A stretch of DNA of 32,000 nucleotides from Cereibacter sphaeroides 2.4.1 (GTDB lineage: Bacteria; Pseudomonadota; Alphaproteobacteria; Rhodobacterales; Rhodobacteraceae). The translations under genes and the position numbers were made by a program. The stretch lies in assembly GCF_000012905.2 (NCBI RefSeq), contig NC_009007.1, positions 30,001-62,000 on the forward strand, written 5' to 3'. The notes beneath the pieces were generated by a model. That model saw only the letters and a list, made by a program, of their open reading frames with translations. It was not told the DNA's origin and did not search any database. Of the stretch, positions 15,840-22,763 are shown piece by piece. Position 1 is the stretch's first letter. The number at the start of each line of letters is the position of its first letter.

Positions 15840-16589
15840 ATGCTCGCCATCGCCCTCCTCACCCTGACAGGCCTTCTCGCCGGAGCCCTCAATGCCGTGG
15901 CGGGCGGCGGCACCTTCCTCAGCTTTCCCGCCCTCGTCTGGCTCGGCGTGCCGCCGGTCATGGCCAATGCGACGGCGACCCTCACGGCCATGCCGGGCTA
16001 TGTGGGCAGCGCCTGGGCCTTCCGGCGCGAGCTGCAGGCGGAAGGGGCGCTCGGGCTCCGCGCCATCCTCGGCGTCTCGGCCCTGGGCGGGCTCGTGGGG
16101 GCGGGGCTCCTCCTCGTCACGCCGGGCGAGGCCTTCACGGGGATCGTGCCCTGGCTCCTGCTGGCCGCGACCCTCCTCTTTGCGGCGGGACCGCGGCTGC
16201 TGGCGGCGATCCGGGCGCGGGGACAAGGCGGGGTAGGACCGCTTCCCGCGGCCCTCGCGCTCTGCGCGGTCGCGGTCTACGGCGGCTATTTCAACGGCGG
16301 GCTCGGGATCATGCTGCTCGCGGTGCTGGGCCTCGTGGGCTTCACCGACCTGCATGCGATGAACGGGCTGAAGAACCTGCTCTCGGCGCTCCTGTCGGTG
16401 ATCTCGGTGGCGACCTTCGCCTCGGCCGGGCTGATCGCCTGGGACAAGGCGCTGGTGCTGGCGGCGGCCACGGCGGTGGGCGGCTATGCGGGCGCGCATC
16501 TGGCGCGCAGGATCCGCCGGACGGGCCCGCTGCGCCTCGCCATCGTCGCGGTGGGGGCGGCCATGACGGTGGCCTTCTTCCTGGCCTGA
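15840..16589 (+). CDS. TauE/SafE (DUF81) family anion/sulfite exporter-like membrane protein
   Basis: ATG at 15840 preceded by GGAGG, within track ORF 15201..16589. The product MLAIALLTLTGLLAGALNAVAGGGTFLSFPALVWLG... has repeated glycine-rich TM segments (...YGGYFNGGLGIMLLAVLG...) typical of TauE/SafE. Confidence 0.8.
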   Translation: MLAIALLTLTGLLAGALNAVAGGGTFLSFPALVWLGVPPVMANATATLTAMPGYVGSAWAFRRELQAEGALGLRAILGVSALGGLVGAGLLLVTPGEAFTGIVPWLLLAATLLFAAGPRLLAAIRARGQGGVGPLPAALALCAVAVYGGYFNGGLGIMLLAVLGLVGFTDLHAMNGLKNLLSALLSVISVATFASAGLIAWDKALVLAAATAVGGYAGAHLARRIRRTGPLRLAIVAVGAAMTVAFFLA

Positions 16590-16628
16590 GCCTGCCGCGA
16601 CCCGCTCCGGGGCCGCGGCAGGGAGCCG

Positions 16629-17489
16629 TCAGGCGCGCAGCGCGTGGAGGCGCAGCGCGGCACCGCCCGCATAGTCGGCCGCCTCCCAGCCCGCCCAGGC
16701 GCCGTGGTGCTCGACCGAGCAGAGGATCTGCATCGGCGTCTCCATCTCCCAGGTGGCGCCGGGCACGTCGGCCGGGGTGAAGCGCGCGACCTGCGCCCCG
16801 TCGATCCGGAAGGTCACGGCCCCAGCATCCTGGGCGATCTCGTAGCGGTGGACGCCCGCCGCGAGCGGCACCAGCACCTTCTCGGACGAGACCGTGCCCC
16901 CGCCCGCCTTCGGCATGTGGATGCCCACCGCCCAGACCGGCTGGCCGTCCTTCTTGATCAGCTCGAAGTCGAACTCGCGGGCCGTCCGGGCATAGGTGAA
17001 GAAGGCGCAGACGGCGCCCGGATCGACCACCTCGAGCAGTGCGCCCCAGGGACCGGTGGTTGGGGCGGGCCGGTTGAGCTGCAGCACGCCCGAGCGCGGC
17101 GGGGTGCCGTCCACATGTTTCAGGAGCACCGATCCCGCGCTCTCCCACTGGCAGAGCGAGGGATCGCCCATCGTGCCCGCGCCGCCGAGCCAGGTGGTCA
17201 TGATGAGCTCGTCCACCGCCCAGTCGGCCGCATCCCCGCGGGCGCGGCGGAAATCGCCCGCGCGCCGGTAGCCCGTGGGCAGGGTCACCGGATCGGGGCT
17301 GCCGTCGGGCCCGGAGGCGCCGGTCGCGGCCAGCGCCACGGCCATGGCCGACAGCCGGTCCTCGAGCGCCGAGACCCGCACCGTGACGGGGAGGAGATCG
17401 GCCGGGGTGCCGGCGGGCGCGGCCTCGAGCGCCGCAAGGCGGGCCGAAAGCCCGTCGAGAAGGGGGGTGAGGTCGGGATCGATGGCCAT
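16629..17489 (-). CDS. Hypothetical protein: N-terminal coiled-coil plus C-terminal GH16/ConA-like (glucanase/lectin fold) domain
   Basis: Track ORF of 286 aa. ATG preceded by AGGAGAG. The N-terminus (LLDGLSARLAALEAAP...VRVSALEDRLSAMAVALA) looks heptad-like. The C-terminal part contains GAVCAFFTYARTAREFDFELIKK, which fits the GH16 pattern (aromatic AFW-like strand followed by the E-x-D-x-E catalytic motif, here EFDFE). No signal peptide is evident. Confidence 0.55.
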   Translation of the reverse strand: MAIDPDLTPLLDGLSARLAALEAAPAGTPADLLPVTVRVSALEDRLSAMAVALAATGASGPDGSPDPVTLPTGYRRAGDFRRARGDAADWAVDELIMTTWLGGAGTMGDPSLCQWESAGSVLLKHVDGTPPRSGVLQLNRPAPTTGPWGALLEVVDPGAVCAFFTYARTAREFDFELIKKDGQPVWAVGIHMPKAGGGTVSSEKVLVPLAAGVHRYEIAQDAGAVTFRIDGAQVARFTPADVPGATWEMETPMQILCSVEHHGAWAGWEAADYAGGAALRLHALRA

Positions 17490-17683
17490 GAAACTCTCCT
17501 TCGGAATGGATGGTCGGCCCCGCGACGGCGGGCTCCGTCGAGGCGCCTCGAGCGGCGGTGCGGGGCAGGGCGGCCCGCTCCCCGGGACGGGGCCGGACCG
17601 GCAGGGCAGAAGGAACCACGGGGGACGCTAAGCCCCGCTGAAGCCGGCGCACGCTGCCTCCGCCGGGCCCGCCCGGGATCCCG

Positions 17684-17702
17684 CTCATTTTGCACAAATG
17701 AG
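17684..17702. promoter_or_regulatory. AT-rich inverted repeat CTCATTT-TGCAC-AAATGAG in the divergent GH16-like/flagellin intergenic region
   Basis: Read directly from the sequence. It has 7-bp perfect arms and a 5-nt spacer, and is the only AT-rich patch in a 408-nt GC-rich spacer. Confidence 0.4.
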
Positions 17703-17897
17703 AAGGAGGACCCGCCCCGGCGACGGGGTCGCGTTAGCGGATCCTTCACCGGGTTCGGGCAAGCCTCACGGGGCGCATCTCCCGAGGCGGCGTGGCAGCG
17801 GCAGGGCCGCGAACCACGGGGTCAGAACGACTCGACGCGCCGCAGTTGCTGCGGCGGAACCCAATGACGCCGAGCGTCCATTCGAAAGGTGACAGCA

Positions 17898-18743
17898 ATG
17901 TCCAGCATTCTGACCAACACCAGCGCCATGGTTGCGCTGCAGACCCTGCGCAGCATCAACAGCGGCCTCGCCAAGACACAGGACGAGGTCTCGACCGGCA
18001 AGGCCGTGGGCTCGGCCAAGGACAATGCCGCGATCTGGTCGATCGCCAAGGTGATGGAGACCGACGCCTCGAGCTTCAAGGTCATCGGCGACCAGCTGGC
18101 CGTGGCCGAATCGACCCTCGCCGTGGGCGTGACCGGTGCCGAACAGGTGGTCAGCCTTCTCAAGGAGATGAAGGATCTGGCCGCGGGCGCGGCCAACGAC
18201 ACGGCCGATTTCGCCAAGGTGCAGGCCGCCATCACCGCCAAGAGCGACCAGATCACCGCCGTCATCAACGGCTCGCAGCTCAACGGGATCGCCCTGCTGA
18301 AGACCGACATCAACGGGTCGGGCGGCACCGCCTACGACGTGCTGGCCTCGCTCGACCGCACCAGCGGCACGGTGGCCACCAGCGCCGTCTCGATCACCGT
18401 GGCCGGCCCCGACTTCGAGGCCAACGTCAATGCGGCCGGCGTCACCGCCGTGGCCGACAAGGCCTCCGCCCTGACGGCGGTGGGCGAGATCGAGGCGCTG
18501 ATCGACACCGCGATCCAGGGCGCCGCCACCCTCGGCGCCGCCGCCTCGCGCGTGACCGACCAGAAGGGCTTCGTGAGCAAGCTCGTCGACTCGCTCAAGA
18601 ACGGGATCGGCTCGATGGTCGATGCCGACATGGAGGCGGCCTCGGCCAAGCTGCAGGCGCTTCAGGTCCAGCAGCAGCTGGCCACCCAGTCGCTGTCGAT
18701 CGCCAACCAGGCGCCGCAGAACATCCTGACGCTGTTCAAGTGA
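17898..18743 (+). CDS. fliC: Flagellin (short alphaproteobacterial type, 281 aa)
   Basis: ATG at 17898 (track ORF begins at GTG 17889), with GAAAGG upstream. The N-terminus MSSILTNTSAMVALQTLRSINSGLAKTQDEVSTGK and the C-terminus LQALQVQQQLATQSLSIANQAPQNILTLFK are the conserved flagellin D0/D1 helices. There is no large variable domain. Confidence 0.92.
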   Translation: MSSILTNTSAMVALQTLRSINSGLAKTQDEVSTGKAVGSAKDNAAIWSIAKVMETDASSFKVIGDQLAVAESTLAVGVTGAEQVVSLLKEMKDLAAGAANDTADFAKVQAAITAKSDQITAVINGSQLNGIALLKTDINGSGGTAYDVLASLDRTSGTVATSAVSITVAGPDFEANVNAAGVTAVADKASALTAVGEIEALIDTAIQGAATLGAAASRVTDQKGFVSKLVDSLKNGIGSMVDADMEAASAKLQALQVQQQLATQSLSIANQAPQNILTLFK

Positions 18744-18817
18744 GCCCGCCGGGCCGGAGCCTCGCGCTCCGGTCCCCCCGGTAGAGCAAGACGCTCCCTG
18801 ACACGGAAGGACAGAAC

Positions 18818-19198
18818 GTGAATGCTTCCACGATGGCCCGAACCGCCTACAGCGCGGCGCGCCAGGGTTCGGCCCGCACGCCGCGCTCGACCGAATATGC
18901 GCTTCTGGCCAAGGTCACAGCCCTCCTGAAGGAGACCGACCGCCACGACGCCCTGGCCTTTCCCGCCCTCGCCCAGGCGATCGAGCAGAACCGCAAGCTC
19001 TGGCTGCGCTTCGCCCTCGATGTGGCGCATCCCGACAACGAGCTTCCGCGCGATCTGCGGGCGCGGATCTTCTATCTCTACGAGATCGTCCAGCAGCATT
19101 CCGCGCGGGTACTGGCACACCGGGCCGACACCGGCCTGCTCGTCGACATCAACAGGGCGGTGATGCGCGGGCTCGCCGGACAGGGAGGCGGATCATGA
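18818..19198 (+). CDS. flaF: Flagellar biosynthesis regulator FlaF
   Basis: Track ORF of 126 aa. GTG start at 18818 with GGAAGG 7 nt upstream (an alternative in-frame ATG is at 18833). The product ...YALLAKVTALLKE...LAQAIEQNRKLWLRFALDVAHPDNELPRDLRARIFYLYEIV is typical FlaF. It is followed by flbT with an ATGA overlap. Confidence 0.85.
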   Translation: MNASTMARTAYSAARQGSARTPRSTEYALLAKVTALLKETDRHDALAFPALAQAIEQNRKLWLRFALDVAHPDNELPRDLRARIFYLYEIVQQHSARVLAHRADTGLLVDINRAVMRGLAGQGGGS

Positions 19199-19602
19199 GC
19201 GGCCTCGTCCTCCGGCTCGGGCCGGGCGAACGGGTGATGATCAACGGCGCGGTGATCGAGAACGGCGACCGCCGCTCGCGGATCACGGTCATGACGCCCA
19301 ATTCCGTCATCCTGCGCCAGCGCGACGCGATCCGCCCCGAAGAGGCCAACACGCCGGTCCGGCGGATCTGCTACATGGCCCAGCTCGTCCTGTCGGGCGA
19401 TGCGACCTTCGAGGACATGAAGCCGCAACTGCTGCGCGGGATCGAGCAGCTGAGCCAGGTCCTGACCGATCCCGACAGCCGCGCCCAGCTCGGCGTGGCG
19501 ACCGAGGCGGTGCTGGCGGGTCATCACTACCAGATCCTGAAGGCGCTCCGCAGCCTGCTGCCGCGGGAGGCCCGGCTCTTCGCGGTGGCGGGCGACCGAT
19601 GA
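19195..19602 (+). CDS. flbT: Flagellin synthesis repressor FlbT
   Basis: Track ORF of 135 aa. MSGLVLRLGPGERVMINGAVIENGDRRSRITVMTPNSVILRQRD is the canonical FlbT N-terminus (L.L.LK.GE...INGAV..N). Confidence 0.88.
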   Translation: MSGLVLRLGPGERVMINGAVIENGDRRSRITVMTPNSVILRQRDAIRPEEANTPVRRICYMAQLVLSGDATFEDMKPQLLRGIEQLSQVLTDPDSRAQLGVATEAVLAGHHYQILKALRSLLPREARLFAVAGDR

Positions 19603-20387
19603 GCTTCCAGCCGGTCCTGCCTCTGACAGGCTATGCCGGCTGGCGGTTCCTCGGCCGCACGATGGAGCGTCAGCGCGACAGCCACGACCAGAGCCAGCAG
19701 GTCCAGCGGGAGGTCGCCTATTTCGCCGAAAAGATCGGCACGGTCCGCACCCCCGAGGATCTCGTCTCCGACTATCGGCTGCTCAAGGTGGCGCTCGGCG
19801 CCTTCGGGCTGGGGGAGGCCATCAACGGCAAGGCGCTGATCCGCAAGGTCCTGAACGAGGGGGCGGCCGACAAGGGGGCGCTCGCGAACCGGCTCTCGGA
19901 CAAGCGCTGGCTGGCCCTCGCCAAGGCCTTCGACTTCGGCGGGGCCTCGGGGGCCGGGACGGGGACGGCGGGCTTCGCCGACCGGATCGCCGGGCAATAT
20001 CGCACGCAGAGCTTCGAGGCGGCGATCGGCGAGGTCGACGCCAACCTGGGCCTCGCCCTCACCCTCGATCACGAGATGGCGACGCTCGCCTCCGACGACA
20101 TGAGCGAGGAGGCCAAATGGTTCAGCGTGCTGGGCTCCACCTCGCTCCGGGCGGTGTTCGACGGCGCCTTCGGCCTGCCCAGAGAATTCGCGGCTCTCGA
20201 TCTCGACCGCCAGGTCGAGATCTACCAGGACAGGACGGCGCGGATGTTCGGCAGCGGATCGGCCTCGCAATTCGCCGCGGAGGACAAGCGCGAGACCCTG
20301 ATCAAGACCTTCCTGATCCGCGCCGATCTGGGCTCCATGGGCCCGGCCCCTCCCGGCCGGATCGCCCTGACCCTGCTCGGCGGCTGA
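19599..20387 (+). CDS. DUF1217-family flagellar-associated protein
   Basis: Track ORF of 262 aa with an ATGA overlap with flbT. MSFQPVLPLTGYAGWRFLGRTMERQRDSHDQSQQVQREVAYFAEKIG...DYRLLKVALGAFGL matches my recollection of the DUF1217 proteins encoded in alphaproteobacterial flagellar loci. Confidence 0.7.
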   Translation: MSFQPVLPLTGYAGWRFLGRTMERQRDSHDQSQQVQREVAYFAEKIGTVRTPEDLVSDYRLLKVALGAFGLGEAINGKALIRKVLNEGAADKGALANRLSDKRWLALAKAFDFGGASGAGTGTAGFADRIAGQYRTQSFEAAIGEVDANLGLALTLDHEMATLASDDMSEEAKWFSVLGSTSLRAVFDGAFGLPREFAALDLDRQVEIYQDRTARMFGSGSASQFAAEDKRETLIKTFLIRADLGSMGPAPPGRIALTLLGG

Positions 20388-20388
20388 T

Positions 20389-20409
20389 CCGCCGCCACCC
20401 GCGCGGCGG
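20389..20409 (+). terminator. Weak hairpin just after the DUF1217 gene stop
   Basis: CCGCCGC-cacccgc-GCGGCGG (7-bp stem) lies 2 nt after the stop codon. There is no T tract, so this is only a tentative terminator. Confidence 0.2.
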
Positions 20410-20669
20410 AGGCAGGACCGCGGGATCCGGGGCAGCCTCGCTGCCGGCGGCCAGGCCCCTGCGGATCGGCCGGTGCGAGCGGAGCAGTAAAGCCTGCCGA
20501 GCGGCCCTCGGTCCGGGACGCGCAACAGCGGCCACGTTGAGCCGGCAGCCCCCGGGTGGTGCCGGTCGGGATAATGACGCCTCGGGGCGCCTGACAGACC
20601 CTTATCCGATGGACCCTTCCGGGGATCACGGAAGATCCTGCCGATCAGCGCGCCCACCTCGACATGTCG

Positions 20670-21698
20670 TCACCCTCCCATGGCGCCGACAGTCTTGCCA
20701 GGATCCAGGGAGGCACGATCGCTGCCGGGGAAATGGCAGGCGGCGAACTGGCCAGGGGCTTCAACAGGCATCAGCGGTGGCGGTGTGGTCCTGCATACCG
20801 GTTGCGCCAGCGGGCAGCGGGTGTGGAAGCGGCAGCCGGGCGGCGGATTGGCCGGGCTGGGAAGATCGCCCTTGATCGCGGCAAAGCGCGTCTTGCCGCG
20901 ATTGCGCGACGGCGATGCCCGCAGCAGCGCCGCCGTATAGGGATGCGAGGGCGCGTCAAAGATCTGATGCTTGCTGCCCATCTCGACCACCTGCCCGAGA
21001 TACATCACCATCACCCTGTCAGAGATATGCCGGATCACGCCGAGATCGTGGCTGATGAACAGATAGGTCAGCCCGAGGCTTTGCTTGAGATCCTGCAGCA
21101 GATTGAGGATCTGTGCCTGAATCGAGACATCCAGCGCCGAAGCCGCCTCGTCGCAGACGATGAAGCGCGGGTTCAGCGCCAGGGCGCGGGCGATGCAGAT
21201 CCGCTGGCGTTGCCCGCCCGAGAACTCATGGGCGAAGCGCGCCGCATGGTAAGGAGCAAGCCCGACCAGATCTAGCAGCTCATCGAGCCGGGCCTGCCGG
21301 GAGGCCGGTGTGCCGACGCCATGGATGACCAGCGGCTCGACAATCAGCTCGCCCACCGTCATGCGCGGATTCAACGCTCCGAACGGGTCCTGAAAGATGA
21401 TCTGCATGTTGCGGCGCATGGCGCGCATCCGGGCGGCGTCCAGCCCGCCCAGATCGGTACCGTCGAACTCGACCTTCCCCGACGTGGCCTCGAGCAGCCG
21501 CAGCACCATGCGGCCGAGCGTGGTCTTGCCGCAGCCGCTTTCACCCACGACACCGAGCGTTTCCCCGGCCCGCACGTCGAACGAGACCCTGTCGACCGCC
21601 CGCACGACCCGGGGCGCCCCGCCGAGCCAGCCGCCTCCCGAGGAGAATTCCTTGCGCAGATCCTGCACACGCAGCAGCGGGGGAAGAGGGTCTTGCAT
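20670..21698 (-). CDS. Peptide/opine-type ABC transporter ATP-binding protein (DppF/OppF-like)
   Basis: ATG (complement of 21696-21698) at residue 23 of track ORF 20670..21764, overlapping the upstream stop codon. Walker A GESGCGKTT, signature FSGGQRQRICIARAL, Walker B FIVCDEAASALD. The C-terminal Cys-rich oligopeptide-transporter extension is CRFHTRCPLAQPVC...AACHF. Confidence 0.9.
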   Translation of the reverse strand: MQDPLPPLLRVQDLRKEFSSGGGWLGGAPRVVRAVDRVSFDVRAGETLGVVGESGCGKTTLGRMVLRLLEATSGKVEFDGTDLGGLDAARMRAMRRNMQIIFQDPFGALNPRMTVGELIVEPLVIHGVGTPASRQARLDELLDLVGLAPYHAARFAHEFSGGQRQRICIARALALNPRFIVCDEAASALDVSIQAQILNLLQDLKQSLGLTYLFISHDLGVIRHISDRVMVMYLGQVVEMGSKHQIFDAPSHPYTAALLRASPSRNRGKTRFAAIKGDLPSPANPPPGCRFHTRCPLAQPVCRTTPPPLMPVEAPGQFAACHFPGSDRASLDPGKTVGAMGG

Positions 21699-22714
21699 CA
21701 CGGGGCTCCTGCAGGAGTGATCTCGTCCAGCCGCAGGCAGGCGGCGCGATGGTCGGGACCGCATGCCAGCAGCGCTGGTTGGGCAAGGCGGCAGCCGGCG
21801 GCGGCATGGGCACAGCGCGGCTCGAAACGGCAGCCCGGCGGTGGATCGAAAGCCGGCGGCACCGTCCCGGGGATCGCATAGAGCCGGTCGGTGTCCACCT
21901 CGCTGGAGGGGATGGAGGCCAGCAGCCCGCGGGTATAGGGATGGCGCGGCGCATCGAAGACCGCACCGGCCGGCGCCTCTTCGATCACCCGGCCGGAATA
22001 CATGATCATCACCCGGTCGGCGAAGGACGAGACGACCCCGAGGTCATGGGTGATCATCACCGTACCCATCCGGTACTCTTCCTGCAGATCCTGCAACAAC
22101 TCGAGGATCTGGGCTTGAATGGTGACATCGAGCGCGGTGGTCGGCTCGTCGGCGATCAGGACCCGCGGCTGGCAGGCCAGCGCCACGGCAATCATCGCGC
22201 GTTGCCGCATGCCGCCCGACATCTGATGCGGATAGTCATCGACACGCTGCGCCGCCGCCGGAATGCCGACCCGCCCCAGAGCGTCGATGGCACGGGCGCG
22301 CGCCACACGGCGACCGACCCCTTCGTGGCGGATCACTGTCTCGATGATCTGCTCGCCCACCGTCAGCACCGGATTGAGCGCCGTCATCGGTTCCTGAAAG
22401 ATCATGGCGATGGCGCTGCCGCGCAGCTGCTCGCAGCGCCGCTCGGTCGCCTGCAACAGATCCTCGCCCAGAAGGCGCAACCGGCTGGCGGTGATCGCGG
22501 CCTCCTTCGGCAGCAGGCGCATGATCGCCAGGGACGAGACGCTCTTGCCGCTGCCGGATTCCCCGACCAGCCCGACGACCTCGCCCTCGTTCAGGGTCAA
22601 CGAGACCTTGTTGATGATCGGCACGCCGCCGATGCTGACCGAGAGATCCGCCACTTCCAGCAGCGGGGCCGGTCCGGCAGCGGGGGAGGCAGGGGAAGGG
22701 GCATGTTGGGTCAT
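21698..22714 (-). CDS. Peptide/opine-type ABC transporter ATP-binding protein (DppD/OppD-like)
   Basis: Track ORF of 338 aa with an ATG start. Walker [10 protein letters not shown], signature [15 protein letters not shown], Walker [12 protein letters not shown], and C-terminal [14 protein letters not shown]...AACLR. Confidence 0.9.
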   Translation of the reverse strand: MTQHAPSPASPAAGPAPLLEVADLSVSIGGVPIINKVSLTLNEGEVVGLVGESGSGKSVSSLAIMRLLPKEAAITASRLRLLGEDLLQATERRCEQLRGSAIAMIFQEPMTALNPVLTVGEQIIETVIRHEGVGRRVARARAIDALGRVGIPAAAQRVDDYPHQMSGGMRQRAMIAVALACQPRVLIADEPTTALDVTIQAQILELLQDLQEEYRMGTVMITHDLGVVSSFADRVMIMYSGRVIEEAPAGAVFDAPRHPYTRGLLASIPSSEVDTDRLYAIPGTVPPAFDPPPGCRFEPRCAHAAAGCRLAQPALLACGPDHRAACLRLDEITPAGAP

Positions 22715-22720
22715 GGGCTT

Positions 22721-22751
22721 GATCGTATACGATTATACGATTCTTACAAGG
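22721..22751. promoter_or_regulatory. Operator/promoter-like element, copy 1 (contains the 12-bp perfect palindrome ATCGTATACGAT)
   Basis: GATCGTATACGATTATACGATTCTTACAAGG lies in the 49-nt gap between the enolase-family gene stop (22764) and the DppD-like start (22714). The palindrome is at 22722-22733 and is followed by an extra half-site, TATACGAT. Over 22721-22742 it matches 26526-26547 at 19 of 22 positions. The reverse strand carries TTGTAA and TATAAT hexamers. Confidence 0.55.
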
Positions 22752-22763
22752 AATTTTCTCGGT

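Noticed and set aside
14861-16780. Long plus- and minus-strand ORFs (639 aa, 541 aa, 451 aa and others) spanning the GntR/TauE/GH16-like region.
   Set aside because: They have extreme Arg/Gly/Pro/Ala composition and no recognisable motifs. They overlap well-supported genes in other frames or on the other strand.
17704-17711. Strong Shine-Dalgarno-like AAGGAGGA, and the 64-aa ORF 17698..17892.
   Set aside because: There is no ATG/GTG/TTG within a usable distance downstream of the SD-like word. The 64-aa ORF starts upstream of it and is R/G/P-rich.
17793-17808. Sigma54-like word TGGCAG-CGGCA-GGGCC about 90 nt upstream of flagellin.
   Set aside because: The GG/GC spacing is right, but both boxes deviate from consensus (TGGCAG rather than TGGCAC; the -12 box has only the GC). 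Such words are expected by chance in GC-rich DNA. It is kept only as a note, and a 5' RACE result could revive it.
20388-20669. Possible small genes or RNAs in the convergent spacer between the flagellar unit and the ABC ATPase gene.
   Set aside because: Only very short or R/G/P-rich ORFs are present (for example a 6-codon ATG...TGA at about 20573). Apart from the weak hairpin at 20389-20409 I saw no convincing structure.
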